A DNA stretch of 64,000 nt from Malacoraja senta (taxonomy: Eukaryota), in assembly GCA_038087875.1 (NCBI GenBank), contig JAXLNO010000529.1, positions 124,001 to 188,000 on the forward strand, in the 5' to 3' direction. A program made the position numbers and the translations under genes. The number at the start of each line of letters is the position of its first letter. Positions within the stretch are counted from its first letter, which is position 1. A model generated the notes under the pieces. It was given only the letters and a program-made list of their open reading frames with translations. It was not told the origin of the DNA and did not search any database. Of this stretch, positions 63,701-64,000 are shown piece by piece.

Positions 63701-64000
63701 GACTGTGGGACTGTGTGTGACTGTGTGGACTGTGTGGGGACTGTTTGGGGACTGTATGGGGACTGTGGGGACTGCGTGGGACTGTGTGGGGACTGTGGGA
63801 CTGTGTGGGGACTGTGGGGAATGTGTGGGGACTGTGTGGGACTGTAGGGACTGTGTGGGACTGTGGGACTGTGTGGGACTGGGGGGACTGTGTGGGACTG
63901 TGGGACTGTGGGGACTGTGTGGGACTGTGGGGACTGTGGGGGACTGTGGGGGACTGTGGGGACTGTGTGGGGACTGTGGGGACTGTGTGGGACTGTGGGG
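24773..64000 (+). repeat. Giant G-rich satellite/minisatellite array, unit G3-6 ACT (GT)1-3 (8-13 bp), extending beyond the window
   Basis: Over 39 kb of uninterrupted interspersed variants GGGACTGT / GGGGACTGT / GGGACTGTGT / GGGGACTGTGT / GGGGGACTGT, all in one orientation, with no transposon insertions seen. Confidence 0.99.

Noticed and set aside
24695..64000. Giant ORFs (up to 6,829 aa) of P/S/H/T/Q/V or G/C/W/D/L/T/V repeats resembling mucin or keratin-associated proteins
   Set aside because: The repeat unit contains no stop codon on either strand, all six frames are open simultaneously, and unit lengths of 8-13 bp shift frame constantly. There is no codon-level constraint.
24773..64000. 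Canonical telomere
   Set aside because: No TTAGGG repeats were seen; the resemblance is limited to G-strand asymmetry.

Overview
Eukaryotic, repeat-rich genomic DNA, almost certainly from a cartilaginous fish (skate/ray-like), inferred from HE1-type V-SINEs, CR1/HER1 LINEs, Rex1/Babar LINEs and Penelope relics. Bases 1-3.85 kb hold the 3' half of a defective class I (gamma/epsilon-like) endogenous retrovirus on the minus strand: RNase H, integrase, env, PPT and the start of the 3' LTR. Its TM subunit has a strikingly filovirus-GP2-like architecture, which is the top finding. Bases 3.85-24.7 kb are a nested mosaic of CR1, Rex1, RTE-X-like, Penelope and SINE copies, including one near-full-length Rex1. 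This stretch also contains a YY1/CCAAT mini-repeat, a hairpin insertion with an 11-bp target-site duplication and a few candidate minus-strand host exons. From about 24.77 kb to the end (over 39 kb) is a strand-asymmetric G-rich satellite, G3-6-ACT-(GT)1-3, with kb-scale higher-order duplications. All giant ORFs in it are artefacts of a stop-free repeat unit. No intact, recognisable host gene is present.
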